Shown piece after piece: positions 12,127 through 24,497 of a DNA stretch of 64,000 nt; the first letter of the stretch is position 1; each line of letters starts with the position of its first letter. The stretch is taken from assembly GCF_024521635.1 (NCBI RefSeq), contig NW_026250415.1, positions 744,001 to 808,000 on the forward strand, given 5' to 3'. The position numbers and the translations under genes are program-made. The notes beneath the pieces were generated by a model. The model had not been told where the DNA came from. It worked only from the letters and a program-made list of their open reading frames with translations, and made no database searches. Source of the DNA: Tricharina praecox. Lineage: Eukaryota.

Positions 12127-14657
12127 ATGTCCGTAGTCGGTGTTGATTTCGGTACTCTTGCGACCACTATCGCAGTGGCCAGGAATCGTGGTGTCGATGT
12201 TGTATGTTGTCACCCCCTTTCGACATCCATCTATCTCCTAGGAGCTAGCTGTGAAAGAAAGATACACAGGAAGAACGAAAGAGCGCTGACCATATGTGCT
12301 TCATGTAGATCACCAACGAAGTCTCTAACCGTTCGACTCCGTAAGCACTCCCGCCTTCCTTCAGTGACTCCATCATCATTGCTGCGACAAAGGATCCGTA
12401 TTGACTGATGGTGTTAATAGTTCTATTGTCGGTTTCGGACCCAAGAGCCGATACGTCGGAGAGCCCGCGAAGACCCAGGAGATCTCCAACCTCAAGAACA
12501 CCGTTTCCAACCTGAAGCGTCTTGCTGGACGGAAATTCAACGACCCCGAGATTGAGATCGAGAAGGAGTTCATCGCGGCCACCCTCGTTGATACCGCGAA
12601 CGGCGATGTCGGTGTGAAGGTTAAGTATCTTGGCCAGGATGAGGTCTTCTCGGCGACACAACTCATTGCCATGTACCTCACCAAGATCAAGTTGACCGCT
12701 TCGCAAGAGTTGAAGCTTCCCGTGTCCGACATCGTGCTCAGTGTTCCCCCATGGTTCACAGACCCACAGCGTCGCGCCATAATGGACGCTGCCGACATTG
12801 CCGGTCTGAAGCTCTTGCGATTGATGAACGACACTACCGCGGCTGCGCTCGGATGGGGTATCACCAAACTCGACCTCCCTACCGCCGAGGAGAAGCCCAG
12901 GCGGGTATGCTTCATCGACATTGGCCACAGCAACTACACCGTGTCCATTGTGCAGTTCCGGAAGGGTGAATTGACGGTTCTGGCTACCGCCTTCGACCGT
13001 CACTTCGGTGGACGAAACATCGACAAGGCGCTCATCGACCATTTCGCTGGCGTCTTCAAGGAGAAGTACAAGATCGACATCTACACTAATGCGAAGGCCT
13101 ACTTCCGTGTTGCCGTTGCCGTCGAGAAGCTGAAGAAGGTCCTTTCCGCCAACGCCCAGGCGCCCCTCAACGTCGAGTCCGTGATGAATGATGTCGATGC
13201 TTCGGGCATGCTCAAGCGTGAGGAGCTCGAGGAGCTGATCGCGCCCATGCTTGAACGTGTCACCGCTCCCCTCGAGGAGGCTCTCGCTGAGGCTGGTTTG
13301 ACCAAGGAGGACATCGATGCCATCGAGGTCGTCGGAGGTTCCACCCGTGTTCCTTCCCTCAAGGAGCGCATCTCCGAGTTCTTCGGAAAGCCCCTGTCGT
13401 TCACCCTCAACCAGGACGAGGCCATCGCTCGTGGTTGTGCTTTTGCTTGCGCTATCCTCTCCCCCGTCTTCCGTGTCAGGGACTTCTCCGTCCACGACAT
13501 CCTCAGCTACCCCATCGAGTTCACATGGGAGCAGTCGGCCGACATTCCCGACGAGGACACTAGCCTCACCGTTTTTAACAAGAACAACACCGTCCCGTCG
13601 ACCAAAATTCTCACTTTCTACCGCAAGGAGCCTTTTGATCTCGAGGCCAAGTATACCGAGCCTGAGAAGCTCCCCGGCAAGATGTCGCCTTGGATCGGTC
13701 GCTTCTCCGTTAAGGGTGTCAAGCCTGACGCCAAGGATGACTTCATGATCTGCAAGCTGAAGGCCCGCGTCAACCTGCACGGTGTGTTGAACATCGAGGG
13801 AGGATACTACGTCGAGGAGATCGAGGTCGACGAGGAAGTCAAGGAGGAGGGTGACGTAAGTTCAACTACTCCTCTCACACATCATCCCAGATCACTCGGT
13901 GAACCTAAGGGTGCTCCATTTCAGAGCGAGCATGATCCGCCTTCCCCTTCATCTGCTCCTCCCCATCCTAAACGGCACAAAAGCTCATCAGTGCTGACCG
14001 ATGGTGTTAATCAGGCCATGGACACTGATACCGCCAACGGCGAAGAGAAACCCAAGAAGATGCGCAAGGTTAAGAAGCAGGTCAAGAAGGGCGAGCTCCC
14101 CGTCGTATGTGGAACCGCGTCCATCGACGAAGGCGTCAAGACCATCTGGACCGAGCGTGAGAACCAGATGTTCATGGAGGACAAGTTGGTCGCCGACACC
14201 GAGGACCGCAAGAACGCTCTCGAGGAGTACATCTACGAGGGCCGTGCTAAGATTGACGATATCTACGCACCATTCGCCAGCGACGAGGAGAAGTCGAAGG
14301 TCAAGAAGGCCTTGGACGACGCTGAGGTACGTTTTGTAACAGTAGCCCATACACTTGATCGGTAGTGCTGACATGACATTGCAGGACTGGCTGTACAACG
14401 ACGGCGAGGACACCACCAAGGCTGTCTACATTGCCCGTATGGAAGAGCTCCGATCGGCCATTGCACCCATCGCCCAACGCTACTTTGACAAGGAGGAGGA
14501 GAAGCGACAAAGCTACCAAGCCTCCAAGAACGAAGCCGAGACGATGAGGAGGGCCCAGGCCGACCTGCAAAAGAAGCAGGCCGGGCAGCCCAACAAGAAC
14601 GAGACCGAGAAGAAGCAGCAGCCACCCAGCGTTCCTCAGGACATGGATATGGATTAG
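12127..14657 (+). CDS. hsp88: Hsp110-family chaperone Hsp88/Sse1; exons 12127-12201, 12309-12340, 12421-13855, 14015-14326, 14385-14657 (probable 5'UTR intron 11968-12096)
   Basis: MSVVGVDFG, ITNEVSNRSTP, VGGSTRVP, TLNQDEAIARGCA, DRKNALEEYIY and DWLY motifs of Hsp110; strong codon bias; canonical introns. Confidence 0.95.
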
Positions 14658-17600
14658 ATCCAAAAAAATTACCGGTTTCCGTCATTTTTTTTCTTCTTTC
14701 TCTTGGGCTGTGCTTTTGATTTTGATGTTTAGTGTCTGTTCTCTTCTGTCTTCTTGTCTTCTTTTCTTTTTTCTTCCTTCTGTTGCTTTTCCGTGGGGGA
14801 TGGGGGCTGGGTTGGCTGGCGTAGATGGCAGGAAAAACACTTGTAGTGAGGGAGTTTTATAAAGGGCTGCTCTTAACTGTAACTCTTCGTTCTTTATAAC
14901 TTTTTGCAAGGCGAGGGGGCGGGATCGGGGGTGATGGAATATTCTTTGTTTCAGATCTGTTGTGTGACGTCAATGTTCGACTGTGATGTCGACTGTGTGA
15001 TGTCCATGCCGGGTTGCATGTCGGTAAAGAAGAGGTCTGGGATTCTCTATGAGTTTGGTATTCCAGCTACCACCATCAGTACCGTACTTAAGTATCATAA
15101 TGTTGCTTCCAATTACATACGAGTACATCTTCTCGGTATGTAACCATGCCAGTCATCGTCGAAAACGGACTCCGGCTCTGGCGGGGAGGGGGGTTACGCA
15201 CTGGGCACTGGGCAGGATGCTGTCGATGTCACTCATCCAGGTCACTCATCCAGACACTCATCCAGGCCAAATACTTGCGACCTGAGGTCCGGAGTGTATA
15301 GGAGTATCATCGGATGACAAATACGAATACGAATACACACATAGAGAGGTGGCATGCCTGTGGAATTTGCCTGCCTGTCGAACCCGCTCAGACTTTGGGA
15401 GAGAAGTTTATGGATGATTGGTTAGCGTCTGAGCGGGTTCGACAGGTAGGCCAATATCACAGGTATGCCACCTCTCTACCGTTTCCTACCCCAGCCGTGC
15501 TGCAGAGACCGAGCCCGCATAGCGTACCGGCTGGGGCGTCGTCGTCGTAACTTCCCGCACCCGACGTCGCGGTCTCGGACTCTCGGACTTTCGGACTCTT
15601 AAACTTCCAGAAAAACACTGTAGGATACACGACACGATTACACAGCACAACTACATGGCTACATGACCGCGTGGTAGCAGCCCAAGTACCAGGTAGGTAT
15701 TCCAGTTGTTCGCGTTGGCACCAAACCGACAGTCCCAATCACGAGCGATCACTCACTCTATCCCTCTCCGGCACCCGGCGATGAGAGAAACTTCCTTTTT
15801 AGGCTATTCCTAGTACCTACGAGTAGTAAGTTCACCGTTCATAGATCTCGTGCCTACCTCGTGGCTACCCCCTCTCAGTCTCAGGTACATATATCGTCCA
15901 ATACCGGGAGCTCTAGTCCAGTCCCGCCAATCGTGCCGCCAATCGTGCCGCCACGTTCTTATAAGCAAGTAGGTATCTACTATTTACCAGGTAAGCACCG
16001 GTGGGTACCTAAGCACTCAAACATCTCGTCGGGCAAAGCATGTGTTTTACCCACGGCGCACCTCGCTACCGTTCGTTCTGGGATGGAATGTACCGTATAG
16101 GTATCGGAGAGGTGACCGAGAACATCTACGGAGTCACGGAGGAGGGACCATATCCGTTTCCCGTTTCCCGTTCCGATTTCGGACCGGTTGCGAGATGATT
16201 CAACGGGCTGTGTATGTACTGAAAGTTTCCAGCCGGGCTTCGGATCGTGTAGGTAGTGTACATAAGAGTGTCTGCTATTATTCTAGAATCCACAAGTCTA
16301 GCAGCTAGCTTCTACACGCACACACATGGTCTTTGGTCGTACCTGGTATCAGGGTCCGCACACAGCCGCCGTCTACCACCTACCCAGTAGGCTGAGTGAC
16401 GTGAGTGACGTGAGTGACGTGAGCGCTGACCACCTGACCACCCGACGGCAGCGGCGCCAGGGCCCAGTTGACAGCGATTGGCACGGTCCTTATGATACAA
16501 CCGCGTTAGGCGCGGACACCTACTAAGTAACATGTCTACCAGCTGACCGGTGCGGTGCGTTTGGCCGTGGTCCGTGTGTTGTTTTTCACCGAAAAGTCTT
16601 GTTCTTGCTAGTGGGTTTGGCTCGGATCGGTCAAACGACCAAACGGTCCACGGAGGCAGATGATGCTAGATGAGCCCGCCCTGGACTTGGAACTGGTGAC
16701 GTACGCAAGGGATATTCTATACAAGTACATACTATGTACATACTATGTATCCAGTTGTCGACAGCCAGCTGGATGGCAGATAGGCAGGTACTCGGACAAT
16801 TTCCTCCTGGCTATGTATAGGTAGTAGGTATCTATGTGAGACTTGAGTACTGCTTTCTGCCCCAGATCCAACTGCTCGGATCTGTAGTTTCCGACTGCTG
16901 GCGACAACGTTGGAGGTGACAATTGGTTTGGGCACGATTAATGATTGATCATCGAACCGAAGCCTTCCACTCAGGTGATCACGGGGATGGGATGGTATGT
17001 AGGGCTCGGTTGGAATCGTGGTTCAGCTGGGGCTGTAGATATTATACATTAGGTACCTACCTGGTAGTTACTATAGAATTGCGATGTTTGGTGAAATCAT
17101 CGGACGACGATTGAATGGTCTGGCGTTAGTTAGGCTCTCGGCTTGCCGCTCTGTCATGGATGGATGGATGGCCCATGGGATGCCGAAAGCCGAGAGGACG
17201 AACCAGTAGAGTGACCCGTGACCACACTATTCACCGGAACGAACCAATCCCCCTTTTCTTTCCTTTTTTTCTCCTGCTTTTCTTTCGTTCCCCCTTCAAC
17301 ATCGCGTTGACCGTAAGTCCGGTCTCCTTCCGGTGGAACTACCTAGAGGACCGGACTGTCTGCAGGTACATAGGTATCATCTTTGATACCTAGATACTCT
17401 CTGCTGACTTTTCCGGATCCATGGGGGGAAGGGGGCCATGGTCGCGTCGCCGGGTCGGACTTCGGTGTGTCTTCACAACCACCGGGGTAACTAACGAGGA
17501 AGGGAAAGCTTGATACATAGAGTAGAGTACTGTGGGCGCGCTCGAGGGGAGAAGGACGGGGAATCATATTCAGGGTCTGCGTGTGTATGTAGAGTACTCA

Positions 17601-18391
17601 TGTGGGCGTCAACGCTAGGTCTGCCGAGTTGCTTGGTAACTAAAGCCTACATAACATCGGGGTGGCGCGTTTTGGTTGGTGGTAAGAGGAACATCATCCA
17701 ACTTTCGTTTCGGCAGTGATCCCTCCCTTATCTAGCGGCATTTCTTGGCCGTGTCTGCGGGTGGCTGCAATTGCTTGATGATTTCCCAGGGTCCTTTCTT
17801 CTTCTGCTGCCTGGTTCTTCTTCTTCTTCTGTGGAGGGAGGGAGGATACTTTACCATGCAGCTAGATGCTCTAGACAACGGTAAGAGGGGTGGATATCTC
17901 CACAGAATGAAAAAAGGTACGGGCAGTCTGTCTTCCGTGGAGGGTGCTCTACGTTCATAGTGGGTACCAGTATGGAGGTATCTGGAGCGCCCGCCTAATG
18001 GAAATCCTCATGGAGGAACCTTTTTCCTTCGACGCACGCCCGCTCGCTCGCCTCAATTGCTGTGATCCGCTCCCGCGTGGCTTGCACCTCCTCCTCCTCA
18101 GCGTCATCGCCAATCATCCCATCCTCCTTCGCCTGCGCTCGCCTGACTATCGCCAACCCCTACATCTCCGCTTCGGCTTTGGTCGTGCCGTGACCACTGC
18201 TTCGCATGAGTGTTCGGTTGCTGCTCTCTTTTTTTTCCCTCCTTCCCACTGTGGATGGAATTGACACCATACAGCATCACACATCCATAAGATTGGAGAA
18301 ATACCAACTGCCCACCCAGGTCCACCCCCTCCCTCTCTCCCTCCCTCTCTCCTCGCTCCCGACCCAGCCGACCCCCGGTGTTGTTTTCCTT

Positions 18392-18441
18392 CCACCACCA
18401 CCACCACCACCACCACCACCACCACCACCACCACCACCACC
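18392..18441. repeat. (CCA)n microsatellite upstream of ERG5
   Basis: About 16 perfect units; source of poly-P, poly-W, poly-G and poly-V spurious ORFs. Confidence 0.9.
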
Positions 18442-18699
18442 AAGACCACCCCCCTTCCCCCGTCGCGCCGATAGTACAAAACCAACCACCTACCCACCCA
18501 CCCAACCACCCCTGACCAGGAACAGCTTTTCTTAACCTCACCTCCCACCTCTCTCCCTCCCTCCCTCTCTCCCGACCGTTCTCTCTTCCCCGTCACGTCT
18601 CAGGGAAACCCGGCAACATCGATTTTCGCACATTTTGGCCCCGCCGATAAAAAAACCAGTCAGCAGACAGAGTACAACAAACACGACGAAGACTGAGCT

Positions 18700-20717
18700 A
18701 TGGAGTCGCAATACAACCCGCCATCGGCGGTCAGCAGCGCCGAGGAACCGCTGCAGACTCTCATGAACGGCGTCGGCGCTGTCGGCAAGAGCCTGGAGGG
18801 CGTCAGCGTGTGGCAGCTGCTGCTCACGTTACTGGTGCTGTCGATAACTTACGATCAAGGTACGGGGAACCAAAAACGCAATCAGAGTCCAAGTGTTTCG
18901 GGTGGTGATGATGATGCGGAGAAACACCCCCCCCCCCCCAAACCCGGTTCTCGCGATTTCGATGGATTGGCTGGCTGACGCGTGCCCGCGATTTTCTTTC
19001 TTTTCTGCAGTCAAGTACATTTGGAACAAGGGTAGCATTGTGGGTCCGACTTTCAAGATTCCCTTCATGGGCCCGTTCATGGAGTCCATGAACCCAAAGT
19101 TTGAGGAGTACCTGGCGAAATGGAATAGCGGCCCTCTGAGCTGTGTTTCGGTCTTTCACAAGTATGCTCTTCCCCCACCCTCTCAATTGATAGGGGCCGG
19201 TCGTCGGTGGTGCCGGTGGTGGTGGTGGACGTGTATGTGGACGCGAGGGCTAACAATTTTGGCTTTTCCACCTCTTAGGTTCGTTGTTATCGCTTCCACC
19301 AGAGATCTGGCGCGCAAGGTCTTCAACTCGCCCATGTATGTCAACCCGTGTGTCGTGGACGTGGCCAAGAAAATCCTCCGCCCTCAGAACTGGGTATTCC
19401 TCGACGGAAAGCAGCACGTCGACTACCGCAAGGGTCTCAACGGGCTTTTCAACCGCAAATCTTTGGCCCAGTATCTTCCCCAGCAGGAGGCGATTTACGA
19501 TCAGTACTTCCAGCGGTGGCTCAAACTGTCCGCGGATGGACAGCCGAAGCAGTACATGGGAGAATTCCGCGATATCAACTGCGCCGTGTCGTTGAGAACT
19601 TTCTGTGGAACCTACATCCGTGACGAGGCCGTCGCCGAGATCTCGGAGAACTACTACCAGATTACCGCTGCGCTCGAACTCGTCAATTTCCCCATCATCA
19701 TCCCCTTCACCAAGACCTGGTACGGAAAGAAGTGCGCCGACTATGTCATTGATGAGTTTGCCCGCTGCGCGGCGCTGTCGAAGGTGGCCATGGAGGCCGG
19801 CAATGAGCCCACTTGCACCATGGATTTCTGGATCAAGTCGATGATCGAGTCCCGCGAGTACGACAAGAAGACCCAGGAAATGAAGGAAGAGGCCAAGGCG
19901 AAGCCGATGGTTATCCGCATGTTCTCCGACGTCGAAATCGCCATGACCATCTTCACGTTCCTCTTTGCATCCCAGGACGCTTCCTCCAGCGCAAGCACGT
20001 GGCAGTTTCAGATCCTTGCCGATCGCCCCGACATTCTGGCTAAAGTCCGCGAGGAGCAACTGCGAGTCAGGGACGGTGATCCTTACAAGCGTGTCGATAT
20101 CGATATGGTCGACAAGATGGTCTACACCCGCGCCGTCGTCAAGGAGCAGCTTCGTTACCGCCCTCCCGTCCTGATGGTTCCCTACGAGGTCAAGAAGAGC
20201 TTCAACGTTACCCCCGACTACCGTGTTCCCAAGGGAGCAATGATCATCCCGACCACATACCCTGCCCTCCACGATCCCGAAGTCTACGTTGATCCCGAGA
20301 CCTTCAACCCTGACCGCTGGTTGGAGGGAGGTGAGGCCGAGGCTGCCACCAAGAACTGGCTCGTCTTCGGAACTGGACCCCACGTTTGTCTAGGACAGGT
20401 GGTGAGTTTTTTCTCATTTCTTTTTCACTTTATCCGAAAAACTGGTAGATGTGGTTGCTGATGTTATAATTCAAGTACGCCATTATGAACTTCATGTCCA
20501 TGATTGGAAAGGCTTCGCTTTTCCTGGACTGGGAGCACACTCCTACGCCTTTGTCTGAGGAGATTAAGGTGTTTGCGACGATTTTCCCCCAGGTAAGTCG
20601 ATCTCACCATTCAAAATTGGTGTTGATGATTGAATGAATGGTTTGCTAACCTCTTGACAGGACGATTGTTACCTGACATTCAAGGAGCGCCTACCCCTCG
20701 AGAAGGCCTCGTCATGA
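18700..20717 (+). CDS. ERG5: Cytochrome P450 CYP61, sterol C-22 desaturase; exons 18700-18859, 19011-19161, 19279-20401, 20476-20592, 20661-20717
   Basis: [25 protein letters not shown] (I-helix), [10 protein letters not shown] (ExxR), heme motif [12 protein letters not shown]-terminal [13 protein letters not shown] typical of CYP61. Confidence 0.95.
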
Positions 20718-21368
20718 CAACCCCCTTCATGAGTAATGTAAAGGAAAGAAACAGCACGTTGCAAAACTACTATCTCAATGTAATATTAGTCTGTCCTTAC
20801 ACGTTTAGTTCGATCTGTTAGGGTATGGGTTTGCGTTTTTGCTTTTTTGGAAAAGGATGGGATTGTCGATATGTAGAGATATTTTACGATGCGAGGATGT
20901 GTATGTTCACAGGTGCCGTGAGGCTGGGGACAGCGACGCGGGGAGTAAGGGAAGTGAGTGGAGTTGTCTGATGTTGTACACCACCGTCACTACGGCCGTA
21001 GTTGTCACGATCACCGGTGCCGCGGAAAGGGCGGCCATGCTCGGTGGCAGATCCCGTCATGTCAGTACGTTATATGGCCAAGTACATATGTAATAGTAAT
21101 TTGAGCTGTCTTGTCTAAATTACTCCGAAGCATCTGCGCGCGAAATGAAGTGGTGATCGTATCATTCTCTCGATGATCTGTGCCGTTTGGGCCGACGAAG
21201 AGCCGCATCACATTACGTCGAGCTATGCCGCATTGACCAAAAGTTTCACATGCTACTAGTAGGCTAGTAGCAAGTGTGCCCTCTCCCTGCATTGATAATC
21301 GGAGCTTCCCACCCACACACACCTCAGGAAGGGGGAAATGGACAGCCAACGATAGATACCGATAACTC

Positions 21369-23185
21369 ATGTCTTCGTCTTCTCCGTCGCCTTCGCCGCC
21401 GCCGCGGTCTCGGTCACGCCCCGCAAGGCAGCTGGCCGTCTTCTCTATTCACTCTACCATCTTCCTGTCGCTGATCTCCCTGCGCATCCTCAATGCCGTC
21501 ACCGTCCGGACTTTCTTTCAGCCGGATGAGTACTTCCAGGCCATCGAGCCCGCGTGGAATCTCGCGTTCGGGAACGGCGGGTGGTTAACCTGGGTTTGTT
21601 TCCCTCCCTCCTTCCGCCCCAAATTCCTTCTCCGAGAGAGATAGAGAGATGTTGATGAGGTGTTCAGGAATGGCGGCATTCGCTCCGCTCAGCAGCCCAC
21701 CCACTTCTCTTCGCCGGCCTCTACCGCGCCGTCTCCTTCACCTGCACGGTCCTGCACGTCTCCGAGGCGCAGCAAGCGGAAGCACTCGCGATCGCTCCGC
21801 GGGTGCTACAGGCGCTCTTCGCGGCGATGGGGGACTGGGCGACGGCGCGTCTGGCGGGCGTGCTGTGGGGCAGCGACGTCGGCTGGATCAGCCTGTGTCT
21901 GAGTCTCGGAAGTGCCTGGGGCTGGTTCTGCGGGACCCGTACGTTCGCGAATAGTCTGGAGACGGTCGTTACCGCATTGGCGCTCAGCGTGTGGCCCTGG
22001 AGGTGGGCCACCGCTGATAGGTCCCGCCCAAGACAGCAGCGGAGTGAGGTGCGCTTCGCGATGGGGCTGGCGGCCCTCGCGTGTGTCCTGAGACCGACGA
22101 ATATCCTTGTGTGGTTGGCGCTCGGCGCGTTTGCGGTTTGGAATACGAACGGCAGGAGGAGGGTTATCTTGGTGGCTGAGGCTAGTTGGATTGGGTATGT
22201 TCCTGAGGAGTGGGAGTGAGAGGGGGGAGCTGTTTATTGACTTGGTAATAGTGCTGCCGTGTTCATGGCAAACGCCCTGATTGATAAGGCCTACTACGGC
22301 GAATGGACCTTCCCACCACTCACCTTCCTCAAGTTCAACGTCGTCCACTCGCTCTCGATTTTCTACGGCCGGAACGATTGGCACTACTATCTTTCGCAAG
22401 GGCTCCCCCTCCTACTCACCACCTTTCTCCCTCTCGCGCTGTACGCGCTCTACTGCAGTCTCGCCATCGGCCGCACATCTTCCCCGGCGTTCCAACTTGC
22501 CAGCACAATTGTCGGCGTGGTAGCCACATACTCCCTGATCGCGCACAAAGAAGTCCGATTCCTCTACCCTCTCCTCCCGCTCCTGCACGTCCTCTCGGCA
22601 AAGTCTTTCCAAGACCTGTCATGGAGCACCAAGACCAAGAACCGCGTTCTAGCCGGAATGATCCTCCTCAACCTGCCCGTGGCATACTACACGTCGATGG
22701 TGCACCAGCGTGGGGTGATCGACGTAATGCAGCACCTGGGCGCTACCAGCAGCGAGTGGAATTCCGCGGGCTTCTTGATGCCGTGCCATTCCACCCCGTG
22801 GAAGGGCGCACTCGGCGGTGCTCTGGATAAGAAGGATATGTGGGCGTTGACGTGCGAGCCGCCGATTGACATGGAGCCCGAAGTGAGGGCCGCGTACGTG
22901 GACGAGGCGGACCAGTTCTACGCTGACCCGAAGGCGTTCGTGCAGAAATTTGTCGGCGATGGGAAAAGGTATAAGTGGCCCGAGAGGTTGGCTGTGTTTG
23001 AAGCATTGGTCAAGGAGGATGCTGGCAAGAGCTTGTGGGGCGGACTTTATGAAGAGTGCTGGAGAGGGTTCAATACCCATTGGCATGATGACGATCGGAG
23101 GAGAGGGGATGTGGTCGTGTTTTGTCTAAGAGATGAGATGGACGGGAAAGAGCCGGTGGAGATGGTCGTTAGTGAGATGTTTTAG
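21369..23185 (+). CDS. GPI10: GPI mannosyltransferase 3 (PIG-B, GT22); exons 21369-21593, 21668-22194, 22252-23185
   Basis: TFFQPDEYFQAIEPAW, LTWEW, RTFANSLET, LRPTN, HKEVRF, LMPCHSTPW, LTCEPP and DEADQFY motifs. Confidence 0.92.
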
Positions 23186-23477
23186 TTGTTTTGTTATTTT
23201 GTTGTTACTGGTGCGGGGACCTCAATGTTGATGTGCAGTGGTCATTCTACGGATATGGTACGGGTTGAGCAATGATTTGAGGCCAATCGATTGAGATGCG
23301 GATCGTCGGAACCTGCCTGGATGTTTGACCGTGGACCCTGATCCAGTGTGTGCGCAACCATGACGACATCGGAATCAGCGCCTACAGTAAAGCTCGAGCT
23401 GAGCTCCATCCCACCTCGAACAAACCACCAAACGAACACCACCGTCCCAACCTCACCGTACAATCAACACAACCACC

Positions 23478-24497
23478 ATGGCCACGCCGTCAACCCCCCA
23501 CCTAATCCCCCTCGCCTATGCCACCCCCTCGCTGGGAATGCACCCCTCGCACACGCTCCCACAGAAACTCTCCGCGATCGCCTCAGCGGGGTACACCGGC
23601 TTCGAGCTGGGCATCGACGACCTAGTCTCATTCGCGCGCAGCTACCTACACAACCCGGAGCTGACCTCCACATCGTGGCCATCGCTCCTCCTCGCGGCCA
23701 AAAAAGTCCGCCTGCTGTGCGCGCCGCACTCCCTCAACCTTACGATCCTGATGCTGCAGCCGTTCTCGCAGTTCGAGGGCTACCACGGCACACGGCGCGC
23801 CGAGGTCTTTGAGAAAGCCCGCCACTGGACACAGCTCATGGACGCGCTCGGCTGCGCCATGCTTCAGGTCGGCTCAAACGACGATCCCGCCGCCTCCGGC
23901 GACACCGGAGATATCGTGTGCGACCTGCGGGAACTTGCGGATCTCGTCGCACCACGCAAGGTCGCGTATGAGAATTGGTGCTGGGGACGGCACGTTAACA
24001 CGTGGAAGCAGGCGTGGGACGTCGTGCGCGAAACCGGCAGGGAGAATATCGGCCTGTGTCTGGATACATTCCAGACGTGTGGCGGGGAGTGGGCGGACCC
24101 CGGGACGGAAGATGGACTGCGAGAATTGGAGGAGGGCGAGAGATTGCAACGCTGGAATCAGAGTATGCGGCAGCTCGAGATGCTGCCGAAAGAGAAGATT
24201 TTTCTGCTGCAGATCAGTGATGCTTTCAGACCCCCGAAACCGATTGAGAGGGAACAATGGAGTCATAGTCTCAGACCGCCGCCGGGGATGGGAGGGTATC
24301 TGCCCGTGAAGGATATGGTCAACGCGGTGCTCAAGACGGGGTATAGAGGGTGGTTCTCCGTTGAGGTTTTTCTCGAGGAGGAGCATGGGAAGGAGTGGGC
24401 TGAGGGGCTGGAGGAGAAGTGGGCGGAGGACGGAATGAGGGGGGTTAGGGGCGTGTTGGAGGAGTGTGGTATTCAGGGAGGGGAGGTGGTTGAGTAG
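23478..24497 (+). CDS. Xylose-isomerase-like TIM-barrel protein, 3-dehydroshikimate dehydratase (qa-4/QutC)-like, intronless
   Basis: 339-aa ORF with LQPFSQFEG, LQVGSN, AYENWCWG, GLCLDTF, LQISDA and GWFSVEVF (metal-binding E/D/Q/E pattern). Confidence 0.75.
   Translation: MATPSTPHLIPLAYATPSLGMHPSHTLPQKLSAIASAGYTGFELGIDDLVSFARSYLHNPELTSTSWPSLLLAAKKVRLLCAPHSLNLTILMLQPFSQFEGYHGTRRAEVFEKARHWTQLMDALGCAMLQVGSNDDPAASGDTGDIVCDLRELADLVAPRKVAYENWCWGRHVNTWKQAWDVVRETGRENIGLCLDTFQTCGGEWADPGTEDGLRELEEGERLQRWNQSMRQLEMLPKEKIFLLQISDAFRPPKPIEREQWSHSLRPPPGMGGYLPVKDMVNAVLKTGYRGWFSVEVFLEEEHGKEWAEGLEEKWAEDGMRGVRGVLEECGIQGGEVVE

Noticed and set aside
12245-13780. 511-aa antisense ORF over hsp88
   Set aside because: Shadow ORF produced by strong codon bias, common opposite Hsp70-family genes; no recognisable domain.
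15415-15445. TGGTTAGCG...GGTTCGA resembling Pol III A/B boxes of a tRNA
   Set aside because: Spacing is too short and no cloverleaf can be drawn.
18905-18978. Box C (GTGATGA) and box D (CTGA) pair in ERG5 intron 1, a possible snoRNA
   Set aside because: The CTGA is the branch point itself, the interior is a poly-C run, and I see no terminal stem or guide sequence.
19162-19278. ERG5 intron 2 is in-frame and stop-free (117 nt)
   Set aside because: The retained peptide (WWWW from a GGT repeat) would break the conserved HK/FVVIAS segment; most likely chance.
19250-20383. 377-aa antisense ORF over ERG5
   Set aside because: Codon-bias shadow of the sense gene.
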